A stretch of DNA of 32,340 bases. It comes from Octopus bimaculoides. Lineage: Eukaryota. The number at the start of each line of letters is the position of its first letter. The stretch's first letter is position 1. This document shows, in pieces, positions 22,494-32,340 of this stretch. The stretch is taken from positions 81,846,478 through 81,878,817 of the forward strand of contig NC_068990.1 of NCBI RefSeq assembly GCF_001194135.2, written 5' to 3'. A program made the position numbers and the translations under genes. The notes below the pieces were generated by a model. That model ran no database searches. It was given only the letters and a program-made list of their open reading frames with translations, and was not told the origin of the DNA.

Positions 22494-25083
22494 TTAATCA
22501 CTCACATTATCCAATTTCCGATTAAAACCTCCAGCTTACTCTTAATATGCATTATTTTCATCACCACTTCATTAACATTTGATTGAAAACATTTTTTTAA
22601 TCATTTTCCACAACGTGTTCTGCTATAATGATCAAACAAGTGCATGAATAGTGCGTATTTTTACTGATAATCCATTTTAATCTGTGAATTTATATGATGA
22701 GGAGTTGAATAAAATAAATCAATAGGATTTGTTAAAATATATTGCGAGGACTATCAAAGTTTTGTCCCTTAGTAACAGGTGTTGTCTCCCATGTTTATTT
22801 CTCGTGCGGTGGAGGATACACGGGGCAATAACTCTTCTTTGATATAATTGCTTGTGGCATTTCTCCAGAAATTGAATTGGAAAACATTTTCGGTTTAGTA
22901 AAAAGTCTTTTTACTAAAGTCTTCACTTAAGTAAAAAGTAAAAAAACAAATTCATAATAATGATAATTGACCTGTTTATTAATTAGCATTTTAATATTTA
23001 TTTAAATTTCCCATAGACTATATTTACTTAATGGTGGAATTCAGTAGGTGTCACATTGTAAATTTCACATGTATCCTCTACAACACACTCCTTGTTGTTA
23101 TGTTATGAAATATTGACATTCAAAATTAGAATCTTACGAAGCACTATATATATATATATATATATATGAATAATTTCAATGTTATCAGATTTTATATATA
23201 CACATACCTGATTCTCATCAGCTACTTACTGAAAATTTCCTGAAAAGTGTCTTTTATTATAACGACTAAGTTCTTGCTGTATTATCTCTGTGAAAGGTAG
23301 TTCCTGTTTAAAAGCTAAAAAGGAAAAAAAAACAAAACAATTTTTAGTTTTTTTTTTAAATAAAAATATGTCTTTTAAATAAACTCTTTAGATTTCACTG
23401 TAAACACATTGCTCTCAACTAATTATTTATTAATTCCGTCTGTTAACTTTTAATGTTTTATTTCTATCCTTTATGTTGGTGCCTTTGCAGTGTTTTTTTT
23501 TGTTTTTGTTTTGTTGTTTGGAACAAAGAAAATTGGCTCCTACATAGCAAAGAAATAGTGGTACACACATACACACAACGTTTTTTAATTCTTTTGCTGA
23601 GAAAGAGGGGCAGCGTCTGTAGTCATTGCAAACCCTATAACACTGCCAAGGCTGCTATGTTTACTGTTAGTGTCTCTGAGGAATATGAGCTTAGAAGATG
23701 TAACTTTCTGCAGTTGTGTTGGTAATGCAACAGAACATGTGCTTTTAAGTCACAGTAGCATCTATGTAGGAGAAGAAAGAATTGACCAAAATGTTTTGAA
23801 GTAAGGACTGAAAAAAAGTAGTGAAGAAGAAATTTTGGAGCAATGTGGTTGGATTTGTATAGTTAGCTGTATATATACACAGCTTCCGAATTGTGAAGAG
23901 CTGGTAGCATGCACTCTTGTGTTGTAGTAACAGTAGAAAAGATATTAAGAAAAAACTGCATAACTTTGAAGTAGTGGTTGTTGTATATTTTTTCTTTGAC
24001 TAGCTTTAGTCATCACACCCAAAGACTACCCTGAGGTAATACCCTTCATATGAGGTGCAATTGTATCTTGGTACTTTGACAAATTACCTTTCTGGGAGAC
24101 ATAGGAGATGTGGTCAATAATGTTTTTGCAGCTGTGTAGTCCCAGATTACTATTATTAGAAATTGTTGAAGCTGAATTTGAGATTTTCCCCTCTCTCCAA
24201 CTGTGTTGGATCCTGTGAAAGGAATATAGTTGTTTATCACTAACTCATGCATGTTTCGCTAACAGTCATTACTCAAGTTTTAAAACATTTTCATGATCTT
24301 TTTGTAGTTATTTTAAATAACATTTTATTGTGATTGGTTGTTCTTAATATCTTAAAATAATTGTTGAAATAAGTTTATAAAGAAATGTGAATAATATGTC
24401 TAATACTAAAAGTTGTTCCATTATCAATATACTGGAAACAGATACCATAATGATACTATTGTCAGTGTTAAATAGTGGTAAATTTACTTGGGTCATGAAT
24501 GGACAAATCAAATTCTATTACATTTATAAGCAGACATTGAAATAGAAGATGATTTTAAATGTTGATTGTAATTTTTCTTATGTAAAATAAGAAGTAAGAA
24601 AAGCTCTTATAGTTTATAAAATATCACAAAAAAGGGAAAAAACTGTGTTACTTGTTAGATTTAAAACATTTCTGCTCATAATTATTTACATAGTTTCAGT
24701 TAATTTTAAAATTAGAAGTTCCTTGTGAAAATTGTATTTTGTAGCAGTTATGTTATGGGTGTGGTTATTTCTATAATGTTGACTTTGACTGTTCTTTAAT
24801 GGACACTCTATGAAGAATAGTATTCTATAGTCATTTACTAAACCCTTCTCTTTTTTCCCAACTGTAACTGTTTTTGAAAAGGTCTACGCAATCAAAGTCT
24901 AATTTGGTTGTTACTTTTCATAATAAAAGTTACCACTTTACAACTAAATTTTTATCAATAATTGAAATCCTTCATGTTGTAATACAGGAATAAAATAACT
25001 TTTCATTCATTTATTAATTTAAAGAAAAACTTTTTCACTTGAATACAATTCAGTTTAATGTTTTCGTAATTTTTTTAAAACAG

Positions 25084-25194
25084 GAGAACTACAAATAGAA
25101 CGCAGCCAAGAATCTGACGTTGGCAAATATGAATGCGTTGCAGAAAATGAACATGGAGTTGATTATTCTTATGCGGCTAACTTATATGTTAAAG
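25084..25194 (+). CDS. Lar: LAR-family RPTP, exon encoding the C-terminal part of Ig2 (111 nt, phase 1-1); absent from the ORF track because it is short
   Basis: Acceptor tttttttaaaacag|GA and donor AAAG|gtttgt. Translates as (G)[36 protein letters not shown], matching the recalled LAR motif GALQIE.SEESDQGKYECVA.N..G..YS..ANLYV. In frame with both neighbouring exons. Confidence 0.93.
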
Positions 25195-26182
25195 GTTTGT
25201 CATTATTTCATAGTAAAATTGTGTTTATTTACTAACTGTTTATAAAATATTTATCACAATAAAGATAAACCACTAATATATTAGATTCATACCAATAAAA
25301 GATGTGTTTGTATTTATTCTGAGGTGAGTAATAATTTTTATTTTCCCCTTTTTTTTGTTTCTTTTGATTGTCTTTCATAACATTATTAATACTTACAACA
25401 GAATTGGATCACTTTATTGATCCTCATAATAAACAACTGCTTTATGAAATAAACTAGTTGGCAGTAAGGTTTTAGCTTTGTAATTATTTAGAATTGACTT
25501 CTTAAAGATGAATAATTATCTGTTTTAATTTTGTATGTGTGAATGAGTGTTTGTGTGTGAGGGAGATAGAGACTTGAAATAAACTAAGTCATTTGCATTA
25601 TGACTTTGGCTTAATGATGGCCTCATAAACCTTTAGTTATTTCTCTGTCTATTAAAATATTTTAAAATATCTCATGGCATGAGCACTAGGACTAGAGGGA
25701 GTTTTAGGGGTGTGTATCATTCAAATCGATGATTCTGGCTCAATGTAGGATAGACTTTGCTGTTGACTGTGTTGGTGACTATACAAGAGACTATATCAGA
25801 TAGTATATGTTGGAAACTTCTTCATCATAATAGAGGATGAAGTCAACTCAATGATATTAGTATTACTGACAAAGACAGACAGCATGAAATTAAGGACCTG
25901 TCAACGCTAATCGGGAACTGAGCTTTCTGGTGTGACATTGGGAAATGCATCTCCATTGCAACCACCCTGCTGGTCCTCAATTTGTCTTTGTTGAAAAGTA
26001 TAGCAACTCTTTACTTTGTCATTCTTGTCTTTTATGAGTATTAAAGTTAACACACTATTTAGGGAGTTTAACTTTGACCATCTAGCTACTTGTTTTTCTG
26101 GAAGTACATCTTATATAGTTACAATGCTGTATGCTTAAGTAAATATTGTTACTGATATAACTGAACATATGCTCTTCAGCTT

Positions 26183-26214
<32 letters not shown>

Positions 26215-26829
26215 ATTAAGTTTGTTTCACAATTGTGTGGTTTGGGGTTTGTTCTTACTGTGGTACTATAGTTTCAAGTTGACCACTTTGTGAGTATAAA
26301 TGATAGAAAGAAGCACTGTACAGAAATATGTGTGTGTGTGTGTGAATTTAAAGAAAACCTTAGGAAAGCCTGCTAGCAACATACTCTCAAAAATGTCTGT
26401 CCATGAAAAAAAGGCAATCAGAATTGCTACAAGAGTGCTCTTCATGGAAAAAGTGATACTTGAGCCAATCAAGGGTGAAAATACTTCAAATCTCTGCTTC
26501 AAGAACAATATGTAGCTTCTCCATAATATGAAGGTAACATCAATGCTTCTCTTAAGCTATAATATAATGGAACAAGCAATGTAGAGACCAAATGATATCA
26601 AATATATTCATCCTACAAGAAGCACACAAATTCTATCTTGCCTGAGCTTCTACAAAGCCAACTGGAAACCAGAGAGAAAATTATTCTCACAGACAAAATG
26701 TGTGCAAACACATTGGGCTTTGAATGATGTGTTTCTGTGTTTTTGCACTCTGTTGGCTACACATACCAAATTCGTCTTTCACAGCCCTATAAAGATGACA
26801 GTTCTAAGTCATAAGAGCACGTGTGTGTG

Positions 26830-26878
26830 TCCACTTGTGCCAGCATGGAAGGCAGATGTTAAACGATGATGATGATGA

Positions 26879-26880
<2 letters not shown>
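26830..26880 (+). mobile_element. Extreme 3' end of an RTE tail with (GAT)n
   Basis: tgccagcatggaaggcagatgttaaacgatgatgatgatgata. Confidence 0.7.
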
Positions 26881-26909
<29 letters not shown>

Positions 26910-27177
26910 CAAGCTTTACACTCATCATCAGGCATTCCATATGTTGTTTTAATAAGAACAATTCTGTTCTTATTGAGCTACTTGTGACAGATTTTGCTTT
27001 CAAGTGGAACAATGCAGAAATACATGCATCCTACGATCCAGTGATGTTATTCGCAGCTCATCCTTTCTCTCAAAAATGTGTTTGCACATGTTTAAGTGAA
27101 GAGTTTTCTCTAGAGACCATTTCCATGTGAATGGTCCTATTACATCTGAAGACACTTAAGTGCGTTAAATATAACTT

Positions 27178-27207
27178 TATATATATATATATATGTGTGT
27201 ATGTATG

Positions 27208-27270
<63 letters not shown>

Positions 27271-27290
27271 ACATGTATACACACACACAC
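27178..27290. repeat. (TA)n/(TATG)n/(CA)n microsatellite
   Basis: Directly visible. Confidence 0.95.
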
Positions 27291-27804
27291 AGTTTTGATA
27301 CTATTTACTACTGTTTTGGTAACATACCAATTCAAACCATTTTACTCAATTGTGTGTGATAAATTATGCATGACTTGTATATAATATACATAGTAGAATG
27401 TCATCCTTTTTTTCATATCTGATCAACCTTATTTATTATACATAATATCATGTATGATAGATGAGTCTCAATTGTTCTGATGAAGGTGGTGTTTCACATA
27501 ACATCAGCTATGCATATTTTGTGCAAGTCTTGTGTAATTTATCACTCATAATTATTTATGTGAAACATGGCTCGCAGTGGAATGCTATGGAAACAACTCT
27601 TAACTGCTATTAAACTGATGCTATTCTGATATCTTCTATTTTACTCTGCCAGAATACATACCAACTCATTCTGTGAATGATATATGTATGCAGATTTCCT
27701 TCTCTTATGAATGAATTAGGCTTCATGGAATCACAAGTTCGAATATTAGTTCGAGTTTGTATCAAGTGCTCATAATGAATTCTTCAAGATTTTGTAAAAT
27801 TCAA

Positions 27805-27882
<78 letters not shown>

Positions 27883-27896
<14 letters not shown>

Positions 27897-28053
27897 ATAT
27901 ATATATACATATAAGATATATATATATGTGTGTGTGTATATATATATACATATAAGATATATATATATGTGTGTGTGTATATATATATACATATAAGATA
28001 TGCATTTATGTGTGTGTGTATATATATATACATATAAGATATGCATTTATGTG
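27883..28053. repeat. 41-bp-period minisatellite built from TG/TA microsatellite, about 4 copies
   Basis: The anchor catataagatat recurs at 27908, 27949, 27990 and 28031 (spacing 41). Confidence 0.9.
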
Positions 28054-28155
28054 TTTGTGGTGTGTGTATGTATATCTCTGTTCATGTATGTGTGTGCTTC
28101 TATGTGTTTGTTCACACTAGTCGTCTCTACTTTGAAAGTTGCAACCTACTAGCTT

Positions 28156-28190
<35 letters not shown>

Positions 28191-28519
28191 TTTTCTTGTC
28201 CAACAAATTGTCCCTTTTTGAGTATTTTTGTTCCCACCCCCACCTACCTCATTTTGAACCATCCTTCACTCTCTCCATTCGCTCTTTCAACCACTACCCA
28301 TCTACTCCTCTTAGTTTTCCTCCAGCTCCCACCTGGCACCTCATCACCATATTTATCTCTCTTTCTCGCTCCACATCAATTAGTCCTACCCACAATTGCA
28401 TAATTCAAGTAGCCATGTATCTCCTGTTCATCAAGAAACCTGTTTAGCCCCTTCATTTATACTTTAGCTTCTCATCATCTCACAAAAAAGCTGCTTCCCT
28501 CTTTACTGTTGTCCCAGGC

Positions 28520-28742
28520 GGATCTTAGTCTTGCGAACTAGATGACGACCTCACTTGTGCTGGTGCCATAAACAAGCACCCGATACACTCTGTAAAGTGG
28601 TTGACATTAGAAAAGGCATTCAATCATAAAAAACAAAGCCAAAGCAGACATTGCTGCATGACATTAGTCATCTGACTGATTGGATTTTGTCAAACCATCC
28701 AACCCATCTTAGTATGGACAGTGGGCATCTAAAGATGATGCT
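28520..28742 (+). mobile_element. RTE 3'-UTR tail
   Basis: gtgctggtgccataaacaagcacccgatacactctgtaaagtggttgacattagaaaaggcattc...aaaccatccaacccatcttagtatggacagtgggcatctaaagatgatg. Confidence 0.8.
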
Positions 28743-29555
28743 ATACATATTTATATGAATTGATCACTGACATCTTTCACCTGTCTCATGACTATGCTCA
28801 CACACAAATGGCATACTTTCCCACTAACAAACTCCATTATACTTACATGCCTTTATACACATATATGCATCACAATAACACACATCAACACACCGTTTCA
28901 TCCTTATACCTGATTCCACCCAAAGATACTTTTATACTTGCATTTACACAGGCACCCCTTATTTCATTCCACCCTTCTGCCCATAGAATAGAACAGCATT
29001 CACCTGGTTTCTAACTCTTTACCTGCTTTTGTGTTTGTAATGTATGTGTACACACACTCACACGTCGTCTTTGTTCTTGTCTACCAAATCCATTCCCAAA
29101 TAGAAGTGCCACACATTAGGACTAAACTCTAAGTGCTGTGTTCAGGGAGTGGATTTCTCAACCGTACACCTTTGTGCCTGTCCTTATAAAGCAGGGAAGG
29201 TGAGACTTTGCCAGTGGCTGCATGAAGCTGTAATCAATAGCCTGACATTAAACACCAAGTAACCACACAACTAAGCTGATACAAAACCAACCCATCCACC
29301 CATCCATCCATCTTTGCATGTGCACACACACACACACACACGCACGCGCTATTATGTTATAATAAAAAGAGTCTTACATTAAACTATTATTATTCTTTGA
29401 CAAGTTTAGTATTGAAAGTGACTTCAAAGTTTCAGCCTGCTAAGCCATCACTGGACAATCTGATGATGTACTTAACCAGCTGAAACTTTTAAGCCACTAT
29501 CTATACTCTCCTTACTAAAGCATGATAAATTTGTACTCCATCAAATATATATTTT

Positions 29556-29572
29556 ACACACACACACACACA

Positions 29573-29604
<32 letters not shown>

Positions 29605-29667
29605 TCTGCTTATACATATATACACATACATATATATATATATACATACATATATATATATATATAT

Positions 29668-29724
<57 letters not shown>

Positions 29725-29729
29725 TATAC

Positions 29730-29778
<49 letters not shown>

Positions 29779-29822
29779 TATAAATACACACACACACACA
29801 CACACACACATTTGTACCTACA
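29556..29822. repeat. (CA)n-(TA)n-(CA)n compound microsatellite
   Basis: Directly visible. Confidence 0.95.
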
Positions 29823-30109
29823 TACATAATCATCATTTTCCATGCTTGCGTGTGTTAGTCTGGATTCATTGACGTAGATTTTCTATGACCAGTCACCCTT
29901 GCTTTTTCCAGTGTTCAGTTGTATAAAAATGTATATGTGTGTCTGTAAATGTCTGTTTATGTAAGATATATATATATATATTTATTTATTTATGTATTCA
30001 GTTATATGTGTTTGTCTGTGTATTATATACGTATACATGTGTATGGACATATGTGTATAGATAGATGTACATATGTATACATGTGAGTGTATAAAGATAG
30101 AAAGAGGAC

Positions 30110-30665
30110 AATCAGTTGCCGGAAGCCGAGATATAAGAGCATGATTTGAAGTAGCAAGATCAACCTTAAAATCACTCAATACAATCTGGGAAAACAGAGC
30201 TCTTAACAAGAACTTTAAATTAAAGCTGCAGAAGACGATAGTTCAGCCTGTTAAACTGTTTGGATGTGGAAACTGGACCCTTAGTGCAAGCAACACTGCA
30301 AAACACTATGCATTCAAAAGTGGTTTTCTCAAAGAGTACCGAGGAGCTGCTAGACTAACCATCAAACAGATGAATCAGCACATGAGAAAATGGGAAGAGA
30401 AATGGATTTTTTGGTGGCTGTCAGGAAGAGCATGCTGCAAAATTATGGGCATGTCACTGGGGCTCGATTGTCAGCACCCACTTCTTAGAGAGAAGAGCCT
30501 TCGGGGAAACAAGAAAGGGAATCTGAAAAGACACTGGCTGGACGGCTTTTAAAGCATGGACTGGAAGACTTCTTTCAAAATCCATAACCATAACCAAAGG
30601 TAGAAATTGTGGGAGAGAGCTGGTGCATTCATCCATGGTCCCCAACGCTCAGCATTCAGGATGGG
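30110..30665 (+). mobile_element. Decayed RTE-clade LINE of a second (BovB-like) subfamily, C-terminal ORF region
   Basis: Reads DIRA*FEVARSTLKSLNTIWENRALNKNFKLKLQKTIVQPVKLFGCGNWTL..AFK..MGREMDFLVAVRKSMLQNYGHV. This resembles the RTE consensus RI..AR.AF..L..IW...KL....V.PV.LYGCE.WTL...YGH. Confidence 0.75.
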
Positions 30666-30678
30666 AATAAGCAAGGAA

Positions 30679-30679
<1 letters not shown>

Positions 30680-30726
<47 letters not shown>

Positions 30727-31252
30727 GTGTATGTTTGTATTTCTGTGTGTATGTATTTGTGTGTATATATATATATATGTATATGTAAATATTTATATAT
30801 ATGAACATATATATTTAGACATATATACATATGTATTTATGTGTATATATATGTATATATACATACACACACACACTTCTATGTATATAAACACATGTAC
30901 ATTGTATGTTTGTCTTTTTACACACACTCTAGTGAAAGGTGAGTGTCAAATTGAAAGAACTTACATCTGGCGACATTGAATCTGTAAGAATTAGTTGAAC
31001 AAAATATATTTTGTCAGACTAACTGTTTAGGATCATATATATGTGTGTGTGTGTATCATGCATGCAAATGTAACTATATGTGTGTATGTGATACATGTGG
31101 GAATATATCTGTAAGTGCATATATTTATGTGTGTATGTATTTGTATGTATGTGCATTTATGTTTATGCACACACACACACATATACTCACATATATAAGT
31201 GTGTGTGTGTGTATAAAGATATATAAATGCATGCATATGTATGCGTGTGTTT
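30680..31252. repeat. (CA)n followed by degenerate TA/TG microsatellite fields
   Basis: Directly visible. Confidence 0.85.
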
Positions 31253-31866
31253 GTATCGGTAGATTGACTGAGAGATATGTAGGGTGGTTGGCTGCTTGCC
31301 TCGCTGATTGATTGAGTGATTGATTTGTTAAATGGGTGATCAATTGATTTATTGAAGAATGAACGTTCAGCCTTGTAATGACTGTTAAACTTTGCATATT
31401 CAGCTGAAATGTTAAGCTAAATTTTTAAAAAATGTATTTGTATTCTGATTGTATTAGCATATAATTTCATGATAGAAAGAAACTTTGTTTGGAATATAAA
31501 CTGGTGTAGCACTTAAATTACTAGTTTATGTCTCAGAATATGTTAACACATGCTAATAACTGAGATAGTTTAAACAGGTCATTTATAATCTAGTGTTGCA
31601 GCAAAATACAGATTTTCTTCATTAAGTTTGCTATCTTCCTGTTGATTACTATGTTTCTTGTTTGTAATTGAAAAAAAAAAAAAAAAAAAAAAAGTTTTTG
31701 GGTATATGATATTTTTACATGTTGTATATCTTATAGTTTATATTTTACTAATTTCTTTTTAAGCCAGTTAAAAGTGAAAAAATCCTAACTATAAGCTGTA
31801 ACTATATTTTGCTTTTTAAGTTTTTGTGGATATTATGAATTTAATTGTAATGTCCATTTGCTTCAG

Positions 31867-32136
31867 TTCGCCGCGTTCCACCTCACTTTACTATGCCACC
31901 TGAAAGCGTTGAGGTGCAACCAGCAACAGATGTCAATCTAACCTGTGTGGCTGTTGGTTCCCCTATGCCAGAAGTAAGGTGGCGTCAGGGTAACCGAGAA
32001 CTAACCGATGAAAATGAAATCCCAATTGGTCGAAATGTACTGGAATTAAAAAATGTTCTAGAAACCAAAAACTATACCTGTGTCGCATCGTCCGACTTAG
32101 GAATTATTGAAGAAATTGCCCAAGTGAAAGTAACTG
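31867..32136 (+). CDS. Lar: LAR-family RPTP, exon encoding Ig3 (270 nt, phase 1-1)
   Basis: Acceptor tccatttgcttcag|TT and donor ACTG|gtgagt. Translates as (V)[89 protein letters not shown]. It carries the [25 protein letters not shown] and NYTC motifs typical of LAR Ig3, with two N-glycosylation sequons (NLT, NYT). Confidence 0.96.
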
Positions 32137-32340
32137 GTGAGTACAGCTATTGTTTTCCATTATATATATATATATATTTCGTGTAAGTTTTTAAAATATA
32201 GTGATGGTGGTGGTGGTCATAGTGGTGGTGGTAGTGATGATTGGCTGGATGTAGTTTCGGTTTTGACAAAATTTTGTTTTCTTATTGTACAATACTACAA
32301 TGTTCAGATATAGGTACACTTCATCACTTATTTAATCATT

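Noticed and set aside
24010-24035. ctttag|...ctgag|gtaata candidate exon
   Set aside because: It is 26 nt (or 32 nt from the upstream AG), so not frame-preserving, and there is no other support.
26300-26560. FMEKVILEPIKGENTSNLCFKNNM*LL, faintly like an RT NLRFADD region
   Set aside because: The catalytic aspartates are absent and the flanking motifs are not recognisable; too weak to call.
29890-29930. cccttgctttttccag acceptor with a well-placed TGC in the meB-position intron
   Set aside because: No credible donor follows; gtataa, gttgta and gtatat are all weak.
31671-31693. A23 run (and T30 at 28159-28188) as a retrocopy tail or transcript end
   Set aside because: No adjoining retroposed body, TSD or AATAAA was seen. 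It matters mainly as an oligo-dT mispriming site.

Overview
Eukaryotic, AT-rich, microsatellite-dense genomic DNA with four N-gaps. The repeat landscape (CORE-type and other SINEs, RTE LINE tails, TA/CA tracts) suggests an octopus-like cephalopod; that is inference, not a database result. The only protein-coding host gene I can support is a LAR-family (type IIa) receptor tyrosine phosphatase on the + strand. Three symmetric phase-1 exons (20740-20916, 25084-25194, 31867-32136) splice in frame to encode Ig2 and Ig3. The two introns between them fall where vertebrate PTPRF/PTPRD/PTPRS carry the meA and meB microexons. I found no Ig1 exon in the first 20.7 kb. The rest is intron filled with decayed RTE LINE fragments, SINEs, three TTAA-flanked piggyBac-type MITEs, a 28-bp perfect inverted repeat, and simple repeats. 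Almost all ORFs in the supplied track are microsatellite or antisense-transposon artefacts. The best leads are a hammerhead-ribozyme-like motif at 39-83, a PHD-like zinc finger inside the RTE reverse transcriptase, and weak candidate microexons at the meA/meB positions. None amounts to a demonstrated new system.
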